DNA from: Mobula hypostoma
Taxonomy: Eukaryota
Direction of reading: 5' to 3'
Length of the DNA stretch: 64,000 nt
NCBI RefSeq assembly: GCF_963921235.1
Contig: NC_086097.1
Span: 178,314,001-178,378,000, forward strand
Shown: positions 40,201 through 55,200 of the stretch, one piece after another
How the letters are laid out: each line of letters begins with the position of its first letter
How positions within the stretch are numbered: position 1 is the first letter of the stretch
Translations under genes and position numbers: made by a program
Notes under the pieces: generated by a model
Database searches by the model: none
What the model saw: the letters and a program-made list of their open reading frames with translations, nothing else
Told to the model about the DNA's origin: nothing

Positions 40201-43200
40201 GATGGAGGGACAGAGACTCTCCCGAGGAGGGGATGGAGGGAGAGATTCTCCTGAGGAGGGGATGGAGACGGAGACTCTCCCGAGGAGGGGATGGAGGGAG
40301 TGACTCTCCCGAGGAGGGGATGGAGGGGGAGACTCTCCCGAGGAGGGGATGGAGGGACGGAGACTCTCCCGAGGAGGGGATGGAGGGAGTGACTCTCCCG
40401 AGGAGGGGATGGAGACGGAGACTCTCCCGAGGAGGGGATGGAGGGAGAGACTCTCCCGAGGAGGGGATGGAGGGAGAGACTCTCCCGAGGAGGGGATGGA
40501 GACGGAGACTCTCCCGAGGAGGGGATGGAGATAGAGACTCTCCCGAGGAGGGGATGGAGGGAGAGACTCTCCCGAGGAGGGGATGGAGACGGAGACTCTC
40601 CCGAGGAGGGGATGGAGGGAGAGACTCTCCCGAGGAGGGGATGGAGACGGAGACTCTCCCGAGGAGGGGACGGAGACGGAGACTCTCCCGAGGAGGGGAC
40701 GGAGGGAGAGATTCTCCCGAGGAGGGGATGGAGACGGAGACTCTCCCGAGGAGGGGACGGAGGCGGAGACTCTCCCGAGGAGGGGACGGAGACAGAGACT
40801 CTCCCGAGGAGGTGACAGAGGGACGGAGACTCTCCCGAGGAGGGGACGGAGACAGAGAATCTCCCGAGGAGGGGATGGAGGGACGGAGACTCTCCCGAGG
40901 AGGGGATGGAGGGAGAAACTCTCCCGAGGAGGGGATGGAGGGAGTGACTCTCCCGAGGAGGGGATGGGAGGGGAGACTCTCCCGAGGAGGGGATGGAGGA
41001 ACGGAGACTCTCCCAAGGAGGGGATGGAGGGAGTGACTCTCCCGAGGAGAGGATGGAGACGGAGACTCTCCCGAGGAGGGGATGGAGACGGAGACTCTCC
41101 CGAGGAGGCGACGGAGGGACGGAGACTCTCCCGAGGAGGGGACGGAGACAGAGACTCTCCCGAGGAGGCGACGGAGGGACGGAGACTCTCCCGAGGAGGG
41201 GATGGAGGGAGAGACTCTCCCGAGGAGGAGATGGAGACTCATCCTAGGAGGGGATGGAGACGGAGACTCTCCCGAGGAGGGGATGGAGACGGAGACTCTC
41301 CCGAGGAGGGGATGGAGGGAGAGACTCTCCCGAGGAGGGGATGGAGACGGAGACTCTCCCGAGGAGGGGATGGAGGGAGTGACTCTCCCGAGGAGGGGAT
41401 GGAGACGGAGACTCTCCCGAGGAGGGGATGGAGGGAGTGACTCTCCCGAGGAGGGGATGGAGACGGAGACTCTCCCGAGGAGGGGATGGAGGGAGAGACT
41501 CTCCCGAGGAGGGGATGGAGACGGAGACTCTCCCGAGGAGGGGACGGAGACGGAGACTCTCCCGAGGAGGCGACGGAGGGACGGAGACTCTCCCGAGGAG
41601 GGGATGGAGGGAGAGATTCTCCCGAGGAGGGGATGGAGACGGAGACTCTCCCGAGGAGGGGACGGAGGGACGGAGACTCTCCCGAGGAGGGGACGGAGGG
41701 AGAGACTCTCCCGAGGAGGGGACGGAGACAGAGACTCTCCCGAGGAGGGGACGGAGGGAGAGACTCTCCCGAGGAGGGGATGGAGGGACGGAGACTCTCC
41801 CGAGGAGGCGACGGAGACGGAGACTCTCGTGAGGAGGGGATGGAGGGAGAGACTCTCCCGAGGAGGGGATGGAGACGGAGACTCTCCCGAGGAGGGGATG
41901 GAGGGAGAGACTCTCCCGAGGAGGGGACGGAGACGGAGACTCTCCCGAGGAGGGGACGGAGGGAGAGATTCTCCCGAGGAGGGGATAGAGATAGAGATTC
42001 TCCCGAGGAGGGGATGGAGGGAGAGACTCTCCCGAGGAGGGGATGGAGACGGAGACTCTCCCGAGGAGGGGACGGAGACGGAGACTCTCCCGAGGAGGGG
42101 ATGGAGGGAGAGACTCTCCCGAGGAGGGGATGGAGGGAGAGACTCTCCCGAGGAGGGGATGGAGACGGAGACTCTCCCGAGGAGGGGATGGAGACGGAGA
42201 CTCTCCCGAGGAGGGGACGGAGGGAGTGACTCTCCCGAGGAGGGGATGGAGGGAGAGACTCTCCCGAGGAGGGGATGGAGGTAGAGACTCTCCCGAGGAG
42301 GGGATGGAGACGGAGACTCTCCCGAGGAGGGGATGGAGACGGAGACTCTCCCGAGGAGGAGACGGAGACTCATCCGAGGAGGGGATGGAGACGGAGATTC
42401 TCCCGAGGAGGGGATGGAGACGGAGACTCTCCCGAGGAGGGGACGGAGGCGGAGACTCTCCCGAGGAGGGGATGGAGACGGAGACTCTCCCGAGGAGGGG
42501 ATGGAGACGGAGACTCTCCCGAGGAGGGGATGGAGGGAGAGACTCTCCCGAGGAGGGGACGGAGACGGAGACTCTCCCGAGGAGGGGATGGAGGGAGAGA
42601 CTCTCCCGAGGAGGGGATGGAGACGGAGACTCTCCCGAGGAGGGGATGGAGGGAGAGACTCTCCCGAGGAGGGGACGGAGACGGAGACTCTCCCGAGGAG
42701 GCGACGGAGGGAGAGATTCTCCCGAGGAGGGGATAGAGATAGAGATTCTCCCGAGGAGGGGATGGAGGGAGAGACTCTCCCGAGGAGGGGATGGAGACGG
42801 AGACTCTCCCGAGGAGGGGATGGAGACGGAGACTCTCCCGAGGAGGGGATGGAGGGAGAGACTCTCCCGAGGAGGGGATGGAGGGAGAGACTCTCCCGAG
42901 GAGGGGATGGAGACGGAGACTCTCCCGAGGAGGCGATGGAGACGGAGACTCTCCCGAGGAGGGGATGGAGGGAGAGACTCTCCCGAGGAGGGGATGGAGG
43001 GAGTGACTCTCCCGAGGAGGGGATGGAGACGGAGACTCTCCCGAGGAGGGGACGGAGGGAGAGACTCTCCCGAGGAGGGGACGGAGGGAGAGATTCTCCC
43101 GAGGAGGGGATGGAGACGGAGACTCTCCCGAGGAGGGGACGGAGACGGAGACTCTCCCGAGGAGGGGATGGAGGGAGAGACTCTCCCGAGGAGGGGATGG

Positions 43201-46200
43201 AGGGAGAGACTCTCCCGAGGAGGGGATGGATATGAAGACTCTCCCGAGGAGGGGATGGAGATGGAGACTCTCCCGAGGAGGAGACGGAGACTCATCCGAG
43301 GAGGGGATGGAGACGGAGTCTCTCTCGAGGAGCGGATGGAGCGAGAGACTCTCCCGAGGAGGGGACGGAGACGGAGACTCTCCCGAGGAGGAGATGGAGG
43401 GAGAGGCTCTTCCGAGGAGGAGATGGAGACGGAGACTCTCCCGAGGAGGGGATGGAGGGGGAGACTCTCCTGAGGAGGGGATGGAGACGGAGACTCTCCC
43501 GAGGAGGGGATGGAGACGGAGACTCTCCCGAGGAGGGGATGGAGACGGAGACTCTCCCGAGGAGGGGTTAGAGGGAGTGACTCTCCCGAGGAGTAGTTGG
43601 AGACGGAGACTCTCCCAAGGAGGGGATGGAGGAGGAGATTCTCCCGAGGAGGTGACGGAGGGAGAGATTCTCCCGAGGAGGGGATGGAGACGGAGACTCT
43701 CCCGAGGAGGGAACGGAGGCGGAGACTCTCCCGAGGAGGGGACGGAGACGGAGACTCTTCCGAGGAGGCGATGGAGGGACGGAGACTCTCCCGAGGAGGG
43801 GACGGAGACGGAGACTCTCCCGAGGAGGGGATGGAAGGACGGAGACTCTCCTGAGGAGAGGATGGAGACGGAGACTCTCCCGAGGAGGAGACGGAGACAC
43901 ATTCTAGGAGTGGATGGAGACGGAGTCTCTCTTGAGGAGGGGATGGAGGGAGAGACTCTCCCGAGGAGGGGATGGAGGGAGAGGCTCTTCCGAGGAGGAG
44001 ATGGAGACGGAGACTCTCCCGAGGAGGGGATGGAGGGGGAGACTCTCCCGAGGAGGGGATGGAGACGGAGACTCTCCCGAGGAGGGGATGGAGGGAGAGA
44101 CTCTCCCGAGGAGGGGATGGAGACGGAGACTCTCCCGAGGAGGGGATGGAGGGAGTGACTCTCCCGAGGAGGAGATGGAGACGGAGACTCTCCCCAAGGA
44201 GGGGACGGAGGGAGAGACTCTCCCGAGGAGGGGATGGAGACGGAGACTCTCCCGAGGAGGGGATGGAGGGAGAGACTCTCCCGAGGAGGGGATGGAGACG
44301 GAGACTCTCCCGAGGAGGGGACGGAGGCGGAGACTCTCCCGAGGAGGGGACGGAGACGGAGACTCTTCCGAGGAGGCGATGGAGGGACGGAGACTATCCC
44401 GAAGAGGGGACGGAGACGGAGACTCTCCCGAGGAGGGGATGGAGGGACGGAGACTCTCCTGAGGAGGGGATGGAGACGGAGACTCTCCCGTGGAGGAGAC
44501 GGAGACTCATTCTAGGAGCGGATGGAGACGGAGTCTCTCTTGAGGAGGGGATGGAGGGAGAGACTCTCCCGAGGAGGGGATGGAGGGAGAGGCTCTTCCG
44601 AGGAGGAGATGGAGACGGAGACTCTCCCGAGGAGGGGATGGAGGGGGAGAATCTCCTGAGGAGGGGATGGAGACGGAGACTCTCCCGAGGAGGGGATGGA
44701 GGGATTGACTCTCCTGAGGTGGGGATGGAGACGCAGACTCACCCCAAAAGGGGTTGGAGGGAGTGACTCTCCCGAGGAGGAGTTGGAGACGGAGACTCTC
44801 CCCAGGAGGGGACCGAGGGAGTGACTCTCCCGAGGAGGGGATGGAGACGGAGATTCTCCCGAGGAGGGGATGGAGGGAGAGACTCTCCCGAGGAGGGGAT
44901 GGAGACGGAGACTCTCCCGAGGAGGGGACGGAGACGGAGACTCTCCCGAGGAGGCGACGGAGGGACGGAGACTCTCCCGAGGAGGGGATGGAGGGAGAGA
45001 TTCTCCCGAGGAGAGGATGGAGACGGAGACTCTCCCGAGGAGGGGACGGAGGGAGTGACTCTCCCGAGGAGGGGACGGAGACGGAGACTCTCCCGAGGAG
45101 GCGACAGAGGGACGGAGACTCTCCCGAGGAGGGGACGGAGACAGAGACTCTCCCGAGGAGGGGATGGAGGGAGAGACTCTCCCGAGGAGGGGATGGAGAC
45201 GGAGACTCTCCCGAGGAGGGGATTGAGACGGAGACTCTCCCGAGGAGGGGATGGAGGGACGGAGACTCCCCCGAGGAGTGGACGGAGGGAGAGACTCTCC
45301 TGAGGAGGGGACGGAGGGAGAGACTCTCCCGAGGAGGGGATGGAGGCGGAGACTCTCCCGAGGAGGCGACGGAGACGGAGACTCTCCCGAGGAGGGGATG
45401 GAGGGAGAGACTCTCCCGAGGAGGGGATGGAGACGGAGACTCTCCCGAGGAGGGGATGGAGGGAGAGACTCTCCCGAGGAGGGGACGGAGACGGAGACTC
45501 TCCCGAGGAGGCGACGGAGGGAGAGATTCTCCCGAGGAGGGGATAGAGATAGAGATTCTCCCGAGGAGCGGATGGAGGGAGAGTCTCTCCCGAGGAGGGG
45601 ATGGAGACGGAGATTCTCCTGAGGAGGGGATGGAGATGGAAACTCTACCGAGGAGGGGATGGAGGGAGAGACTCTCCCGAGGAGGGGATGGAGGGAGAGA
45701 CTCTCCCGAGGAGGGGATGGAGACGGAGACTCTCCCGAGGAGGCGATGGAGACGGAGACTCTCCCGAGGAGGGGATGGACGGATAAACTCTCCCGAGGAG
45801 GGGATGGAGGGAGTGACTCACCCAAGGAGGAGATGGAGACGGAGACTCTCCACAAGGATGGGACGGAGGGAGTGACTCTCCCGAGGAGGGGACGGAGGGA
45901 GTTATTCTCCCGAGGAGGGGACGGAGACGGAGAATCTCCCGAGGAGGGGACGGAGACGGAGACTCTCCCGAGGAGGCGATGGAGGGAGAGACTCTCCCGA
46001 GGAGGGGATGGAGGGAGAGACTCTCCCGAGGAGGGGATGGAGACGGAGACTCTCCCGAGGAGGGGATGGAGACGGAGACTCTCCCGAGGAGCGGATGGAG
46101 CGAGCCACTCTCCCGAGGAGGGGATGGAGGGGGAGACTCTCCCGAGGAGGGGATGGAGACGGAGACTCTCCCGAGGAGGGGATGGAGGGGGAGACTCTCC

Positions 46201-49200
46201 CGAGGAGGGGATGGAGACGGAGACTCTCCCGAGGAGGGGATGGAGGGACGGAGACTCTCCTGAGGAGGGGACGGAGGGAGAGACTCTCCCGAGGAGGGGA
46301 TGGAGGGACGGAGACTCTCCCGAGGAGGCGACGGAGACGGAGACTCTCGTGAGGAGGGGATGGAGACGGAGACTCTCCCGAGGAGGGGATGGAGAAGGAG
46401 ATTCTCCCGAGGAGAGGATGGAGGGAGTGACTCTCCCGAGGAGGGGATGCAGGGGGAGACTCTCCCGAGGAGGGGATGGAGGGACGGAGACTCTCCCGAG
46501 GAGGGGACGGAGACGGAGACTCTCCCGAGGAGGGGATGGAGGGAGAGACTCTCCCGAGGAGGGGATGGAGACGGAGACTCTCCCGAGGAGGGGATGGAGA
46601 CGGAGACTCTCCCGAGGAGGGGATGGAGACGGAGACTCTCCCGAGGAGGGGATGGAGACGGAGACTCTCCCGAGGAGGGGATGGAGGGAGAGACTCTCCC
46701 GAGGAGGGGATGGAGACGGAGACTCTCCCGAGGAGGGGACGGAGGGAGTGACTCTCCCGAGGAGGGGATGGAGGGAGAGACTCTCCCGAGGAGGGGATGG
46801 AGGGAGAGACTCTCCCGAGGAGGGGATGGAGACGGAGACTCTCCCGAGGAGGGGATGGAGACGGAGACTCTCCCGAGGAGGGGACGGAGACGGAGACTCT
46901 CCCGAGGAGGGGATGGAGGGAGAGACTCTCCCGAGGAGGGGATGGAGACAGAGACTCTCCCGAGGAGGGGATGGAGGGAGAGACTCTCCCGAGGAGGGGA
47001 CGGAGCCGGAGACTCTCCCGAGGAGGCGACGGAGGGAGAGATTCTCCCGAGGAGGGGATAGAGATAGAGATTCTCCCGAGGAGGGGATGGAGGGAGAGAC
47101 TCTCCCGAGGAGGGGATGGAGACGGAGACTCTCCCGAGGAGGGGATGGAGACGGAGACTCTCCCGAGGAGGGGATGGAGGGAGAGACTCTCCCGAGGAGG
47201 GGATGGAGGGAGAGACTCTCCCGAGGAGGGGATGGAGACAGAGACTCTCCCGAGGAGGGGACGGAGGGAGAGGCTCTCCCGAGGAGGAGATGGAGACGGA
47301 GACTCTCCCGAGGAGGGGATGGAGACGGAGACTCTCCCGAGGAGGGGATGGAGGGGGAGACTCTCCCGAGGAGGGGATGGAGACGGAGACTCTCCCGAGG
47401 AGGGGATGGAGGGTGAGACTCTCCTGAGGAGGGGAGGGAGACGGAGACTCTCCCGAGGAGGGGATTGAGGGATTCATTTTCCCGAGGAGGGGATGGAGAC
47501 GGTGACTCACCCGAGGAGGGGTTGGAGGGAGTGACTCTCCCGAGGAGGAGTTGGAGACGGAGACACTCCCCAAGGAGGGGACCGAGGGAGTGACTCTCCC
47601 AAGGAGGGGATGGAGGGAGAGACTCTCCCGAGGAGGGGATGGAGACGGAGACTCTCCCGAGGAGGGGACGGAGACGGAGACTCTCCCGAGGAGGCGACGG
47701 AGGGACGGAGACTCTCCCGAGGAGGGGATGGAGGGAGAGATTCTCCCGAGGAGAGGATGGAGACGGAGACTCTCCCGAGGAGGCGACGGAGGGATGGAGA
47801 CTCTCCCGAGGAGGGGACGGAGACAGAGACTCTCCCGAGGAGGGGATGGAGGGAGAGACTCTCCCGAGGAGGGGATGGAGACGGAGACTCTCCCGAGGAG
47901 GGGATGGAGACGGAGACTCTCCCGAGGAGGGGACGGAGGGATGGAGACTCTCCCGAGGAGGGGACGGAGGGAGAGACTCTCCCGAGGAGGGGACGGAGGG
48001 AGAGACTCTCCCGAGGAGGGGATGGAGGGACGGAGACTCTCCCGAGGAGGGGACGGAGACGGAGACTCTCCCGAGGAGGGGATGGAGGGAGAAACTCTCC
48101 CGAGGAGGGGATGGAGGGAGTGACTCTCCCGAGGAGGGGATGGAGACGGAGACTCTCCCAAGGAGGGGACGGAGGGAGTGACTCTCCCGAGGAGGGGATG
48201 GAGACGGAGAATCTCCCGAGGAGGGGATGGAGGGAGAGACTCTCCCGAGGAGGGGATGGAGGGAGAGACTCTCCCGAGGAGGGGATGGAGACGGAGACTC
48301 TCCCGAGGAGGGGACGGAGACGGAGACTCTCCCGAGGAGGGGATGGAGGGAGAGACTCTCCCGAGGAGGGGATGGAGGGAGAGACTCTCCCGAGGAGGGG
48401 ATGGAGACGGAGACTCTCCCGAGGAGGGGACGGAGACGGAGACTCTCCCGAGGAGGGGACGGAGACGGAGACTCTCCCGAGGAGGGGACGGAGACGGAGA
48501 CTCTTCCGAGGAGGCGACGGAGGGACGGAGACTCTCCCGAAGAGGGGATGGAGACGGAGACTCTCCCGAGGAGGGGATGGAGACAGAGACTCTCCCGAGG
48601 AGGGGATGGAGGGACGGAGACTCTCCTGAGGAGGGGACGGAGGGAGAGACTCTCCCGAGGAGGGGATGGAGGGACGGAGACTCTCCCGAGGAGGCGACGG
48701 AGACGGAGACTCTCCCGAGGAGGGGATGGAGACGGAGACTCTCCTGAGGAGGGGATGGAGACAGAGACTCTCCCGAGGAGGGGATGGAGGGAGAGACTCT
48801 CCCGAGGAGGGGATGGAGGGACAGAGACTCTCCCGAGGAGGGGACGGAGACGGAGACTCTCCCGAGGAGGGGATGGAGGGAGAGTCTCTCCCGAGGAGGG
48901 GATGGAGACGGAGATTCTCCTGAGGAGGGGATGGAAATGGAGACTCTACCGAGGAGGGGATGGAGGGACGGAGACTCTCCCGAGGAGGGGATGGAGGGAG
49001 AAACTCTCCCGAGGAGGGGATGGAGGGAGTGACTCTCCCGAGGAGGAGATGGAGGCGGAGACTCTCCCCAAGGAGGGGACGGAGGGAGTGACTCTCCCGA
49101 GGAGGGGACGGAGACGGAGACTCTCCCGAGGAGGGGATGGAGGGAGAGACTCTCCCGAGGAGGGGATGGAGGGAGTTACTCTCCCGAGGAGGGGATGGAG

Positions 49201-52200
49201 ACGGAGACTCTCCTGAGGAGGGGACGGAGACGGAGACTCTCCCGAGGAGGGGATGGAGGGAGAGACTCTCCCGAGGAGGGGATGGAGACGGAGACTCTCC
49301 CGAGGAGGGGATGGAGACAGACACTCTCCCGAGGAGGGGAAAGGAGGGGAGACTCTCCCGAGGAGGGGAGGGAGAGACTCTTCCGAGGAGGGGATGGAGA
49401 CGGAGACTCTCCCGAGGAGGGGATGGAGACGGAGACTCTCCCGAGGAGGGGATGGAGGGAGTGACTCTCCCGAGGAGGGGATGGAGACGGAGACTCTCCC
49501 GAGGAGGGGATGGAGGGAGAGACTCTCCCGAGGAGGGGATGGAGACGGAGACTCTCCCGAGGAGGGGACGGAGGCGGAGACTCTCCCGAGGAGGGGATGG
49601 AGACAGAGACTCTCCCGAGGAGGGGATGGAGACGGAGACTCTCCCGAGGAGACGACGGAGGGACGGAGATTCTCCCGAAGAGGGGACGGAGACGGAGACT
49701 CTCCCGAAGAGGGGACGGAGACGGAGACTCTCCTGAGGAGGGGACGGAGGGAGAGACTCTCCCGAGGAGGGGATGGAGGGACGGAGACTCTCCCGAGGAG
49801 GGGACGGAGGGAGAGACTCTCCCGAGGAGGGGATGGAGACGGAGACTCTCCCGAGGAGGGGATGGAGACAGAGACTCTCCCGAGGAGGGGATGGAGGGAT
49901 GGAGACTCTCCCGAGGAGGGGATGGAGACGGAGACTCTCCCGAGGAGGGGATGGAGGGACTGAGACTCTCCCGAGGAGGCGACGGAGACGGAGACTCTCG
50001 TGAGGAGGGGATGGAGACGGAGACTCTCCCGAGGAGGGGATGGAGACAGAGACTCTCCCGAGGAGGGGATGGAGGGACGGAGACTCTCCCGAGGAGGGGA
50101 TGGAGACAGAGACTCTCCCGAGGAGGGGATGGAGACGGAGACTCTCCCGAGGAGGGGACGGAGGGAGAGACTCTCCCGAGGAGGGGATGGAGGGACTGAG
50201 ACTCTCCCGAGGAGGGGATGGAGGGAGTGACTCTCCCGAGGAGGGGACGGAGACGGAGACTCTCCCGAGGAGGGGATGGAGGGACGGAGACTCTCCCGAG
50301 GAGGGGATGGAGAAGGAGACTCTCCCGAGGAGGGGATGGAGGGAGAGATTCTCCCGAGGAGAGGATGGGACGGAGACTCTCCCGAGGAGGGGACGGAGGC
50401 GGTGACTCTACCGAGGAGGGGACGGAGACAGAGACTCTCCCGAGGAGGGGATGGAGGGACGGAGACTCTCCCGAGGAGGGGATGGAGACGGAGACTCTCC
50501 CGAGGAGGGGATGGAGACAGAGACTCTCCCGAGGAGGGGATGGAGGGACGGAGACTCTCCTGAGGAGGGGACGGAGGGAGAGACTCTCCCGAGGAGGGGA
50601 CGGAGGGAGAGACTCTCCCGAGGAGGGGATGGAGGGACGGAGACTCTCCCGAGGAGGGGATGGAGACGGAGACTCTCCCGAGGAGGCGATGGAGACGGAG
50701 ACTCTCCCGAGGAGGGGATGGAGGGAGAAACTCTCCCGAGGAGGGGATGGAGGGAGTGACTCTCCCGAGGAGGAGATGGAGACGGAGACTCTCCCCAAGG
50801 AGGGGACGGAGGGAGTGACTCTCCCGAGGAGGGGACGGAGACGGAGACTCTCCCGAGGAGGGGATGGAGGGAGAGACTCTCCCCGAGGAAGGGATGGAGG
50901 GAGTTATTCTCCCGAGAGGGGATGCAGACGGAGATTTTCCTGAGAACGAGACGGAGACGGAGACTCTCCCGAGGAGGGGATGGAGGGAGAGACTCTCCCC
51001 GAGGAGGGGATGGAGGGAGAGACTCTCCCGAGGAGGGGATGGAGACGGAGACTCTCCCGAGGAGGGGACGGAGGGACGGAGACTCTCCCGAGGAGGGGAC
51101 GGAGACGGAGACTCTCCCGAGGAGGGGATGGAGACGGAGACTCTCCCGAGGAGGGGATGGAGACAGAGACTCTCCCGAGGAGGGGATGGAGGGACGGAGA
51201 CTCTCCTGAGGAGGGGACGGAGGGAGAGACTCTCCCGAGGAGGGGATGGAGGGACTGAGACTCTCCCGAGGAGGCGACGGAGACGGAGACTCTCGTGAAG
51301 AGGGGATGGAGACGGAGACTCTCCCGAGGAGGGGATGGAGACAGAGACTCTCCCGAGGAGGGGATGGAGGGACGGAGACTCTCCCGAGGAGGGGATGGAG
51401 ACGGAGACTCTCCCGAGGAGGGGATGGAGACAGAGACTCTCCCGAGGAGGGGATGGAGGGACGGAGACTCTCCCGAGGAGGGGACGGAGGGAGAGACTCT
51501 CCCGAGGAGGGGATGGAGGGACTGAGACTCTCCCGAGGAGGCGACGGAGACGGAGACTCTCGTGAGGAGGGGATGGAGACGGAGATTCTCCTGAGGGGTG
51601 GATGGAGACAGAGACTCTCCCGAGGAGGGGATGGAGGGCCGGAGACTCTCCCGAGGAGGGGATGGAGACAGAGACTCTCCCGAGGAGGGGATGGAGGGAC
51701 GGAGACTCTCCTGAGGAGGGGACGGAGGGAGAGACTCTCCCGAGGAGGGGATGGAGGGACTGAGACTCTCCGGAGGAGGGGATGGAGACAGAGACTCTCC
51801 CGAGGAGGGGATGGAGGGAGTGACTCTCCCGAGGAGGGGATGGAGGGAGTGACTCTCCCGAGGAGGGTATGGAGGGACGGAGACTCTCCCGAGGGGGCGA
51901 CGGAGACGGAGACTCTACCGAGGAGGAGATGGAGGGACAGACTCTCCCGAGGAGGGGATGGAGGGAGAGACTCTCCCGAGGAGGGGATGGAGACGGAGAC
52001 TCTCCCGAGGAGGGGATGGAGACGGAGACTCTCCCGAGGAGGGGATGGAGGGAGAGACTCTCCCGAGGAGGGGATGGAGGGAGTGACTCTCCCGAGGAGG
52101 GGACGGAGACGGAGACTCTCCCGAGGAGGGGATGGAGGGAGAGACTCTCCCCGAGGAGGGGATGGAGGGAGTTATTCTCCCGAGGAGGGGATGGAGACGG

Positions 52201-55200
52201 AGACTCTCCCGAGGAGGGGATGGAGACGGAGATTCTCCCGAGGAGGGGATGGAGGGAGAGACTCTCCCGAGGAGGGGATGGAGGGAGAGACTCTCCCGAG
52301 GAGGGGATGGAGACGGAGACTCTCCCGAGGAGGGGACGGAGACGGAGACTCTCCCGAGGAGGCGACGGTGGGACGGACACTCTCCCGAGGAGGGGATGGA
52401 GACGGAGACTCTCCCGAGGAGGGGATGGAGGGAGAGACTCTCCCGAGGAGGGGATGGAGACGGAGACTCTCCCGAGGAGGGGATGGAGACAGAGACTCTC
52501 CCGAGGAGGGGATGGAGGGAGAGACTCTCCCGAGGAGGGGATGGAGACGGAGACTCTCCCGAGGAGGGGATGGAGGGAGTGACTCTCCCGAGGAGGGGAT
52601 GGAGACGGAGACTCTCCCGAGGAGGGGATGGAGGGAGAGACTCTCCCGAGGAGGGGATGGAGACGGAGACTCTCCCGAGGAGGGGATGGAGGGAGTGACT
52701 CTCCCGAGGAGGGGATGGAGACGGAGACTCTCCCGAGGAGGGGACGGAGGGAGAGACTCTCCCGAGGAGGGGATGGAGACGGAGACTCTCCCGAGGAGGG
52801 GATGGAGGGAGAGACTCTCCCGAGGAGGAGGATGGAGACGGAGACTCTCCCGAGGAGGGGATGGAGGGAGAGACTCTTCCTAGGAAGGGAGGGAGAGACT
52901 CTCCCGAGGAGGGGATGGAGACGGAGACTCTCCCGAGGAGGGGATGGAGGCAGAGACTCTCCCGAGGAGGGGATGGAGGGAGAGACTCTCCCGAGGAGGG
53001 GATGGAGACGGAGACTCTCCCGAGGAGGACGGAGACGGAGACGGAGACTCTCCCGAGGAGGGGACGGAGACGGAGACTCTCCCGAGGAGGGGACGGAGAC
53101 GGAGACTCTCCCGAGGAGGGGATGGAGGGAGAGACTCTCCCGAGGAGGGGATGGAGGGGGAGACTCTCCCGAGGAGGGGATGGAGATGGAGACTCTCCCG
53201 AGAAGGTAACGGAGGCGGAGACTCTCCCGAGGAGGGGACGGAGACAGAGACTCTCCCGAGCAGGGGACGGAGGGAGAGATTCTCCCGAGGAGGGGACGGA
53301 GACGGAGACTCTCCCGAGGAGGGGATGGAGGGAGAGACTCTCCCCGAGGAGGGGACGGAGGGAGTGACTCTCCCGAGGAGGGGATGGAGACGGAGACTCT
53401 CCCGAGGAGGGGATGGAGGGAGAGACTCTCCCGAGGAGGGGATGGAGACGGAGACTCTCCCGAGGAGGACGGAGACGGAGACGGAGACTCACCCGAGGAT
53501 GGGACGGAGACGGAGACTCTCCTGAGGAGGGGACGGAGACGGAGACTCTCCCGAGGAGGGGATGGAGGGAGTGACTCTCCCGAGGAGGGGATGGAGGGGG
53601 AGACTCTCCCGAGGAGGGGATGGAGACGGAGACTCTCCCGAGGAGGGGACGGAGGCGGAGACTCTCCCGAGGAGGGGACGGAGACAGAGACTCTCCCGAG
53701 GAGGGGACGGAGGCGGAGACTCTCCCGAGGAGGGGACGGAGACGGAGACTCTCCCGAGGAGGGGATGGAGGGAGAGACTCTCCCGAGGAGGGGACGGAGG
53801 GAGTGACTCTCCCGAGGAGGGGATGGAGACGGAGACTCTCCCGAGGAGGGGATGGAGGGACGGAGACTCTCCTGAGGAGGGGACGGAGGGAGAGACTCTC
53901 CCGAGGAGGGGATGGAGGGACGGAGACTCTCCCGAGGAGGGGATGGAGACGGAGACTCTCCCGAGGAGGGGATGGAGATGGAGACTCTCCCGAGGAGGGG
54001 ATGGAGGGAGAGACTCTCCCGAGGAGGGGATGGAGGGAGTGACTCTCCCGAGGAGGGGATGGAGACGGAGACTCTCCCCAAGGAGGGGACGGAGGGAGTG
54101 ACTCTCCCGAGGAGGGGACGGAGACGGAGACTCTCCCGAGGAGGGGATGGAGGGAGAGACTCTCCCCGAGGAGGGGATGGAGGGAGAGACTCTCCCGAGG
54201 AGGGGATGGAGACGGAGACTCTCCCGAGGAGGGGATGGAGGGACGGAGACTCTCCCGAGGAGGGGACGGAGGGAGAGACTCTCCCGAGGAGGGGATGGAG
54301 GGACGGAGACTCTCCCGAGGAGGCGACGGAGACGGAGACTCTCCCGAGGAGGGGATGGAGACGGAGACTCTCCCGAGGGGGGGATGGAGACAGAGACTCT
54401 CCCGAGGAGGGGATGGAGGGCCGGAGACTCTCCCGAGGAGGGGATGGAGACGGAGACTCTCCCGAGGAGGGGATGGAGACAGAGACTCTCCCGAGGAGGG
54501 GATGGAGGGACGGAGACTCTCCCGAGGAGGGGATGGAGGGAGAGACTCTCCCGAGGAGGGGATGGAGGGACGGAGACTCTCCCGAGGAGGGGACGGAGAC
54601 AGAGACTCTCCCGAGGAGGGGATGGAGACGGAGACTCTCCCGAGGAGGGGATGGAGACAGAGACTCTCCCGAGGAGGGGATGGAGGGACGGAGACTCTCC
54701 CGAGGAGGGGATGGAGACAGAGACTCTCCCGAGGAGGGGATGGAGGGACGGAGACTCTCCTGAGGAGGGGACGGAGGGAGAGACTCTCCCGAGGAGGGGA
54801 TGGAGGGACGGAGACTCTCCCGAGGAGGGGATGGAGACAGAGACTCTCCCGATGAGGGGATGGAGGGAGTGACTCTCCCGAGGAGGGGATGGAGGGAGTG
54901 ACTCTCCCGAGGAGGGGACGGAGGGAGAGACTCTCCCGAGGAGGGGATGGAGGGACGGAGACTCTCCGGAGGAGGGGATGGAGACAGAGATTCTCCCGAG
55001 GAGAGGATGGAGGGAGTGACTCTCCCGAGGAGGGGATGGAGGGAGAGACTCTCCCGAGGAGGGGATGGAGGGACGGAGACTCTCCCGAGGAGGGGACGGA
55101 GACGGAGACTCTCCCGAGGAGGGGATGGAGGGACGGAGACTCTCCCGAGGAGGGGATGGAGGGAGAGACTCTCCCGAGGAGGGGATGGAGACGGAGACTC

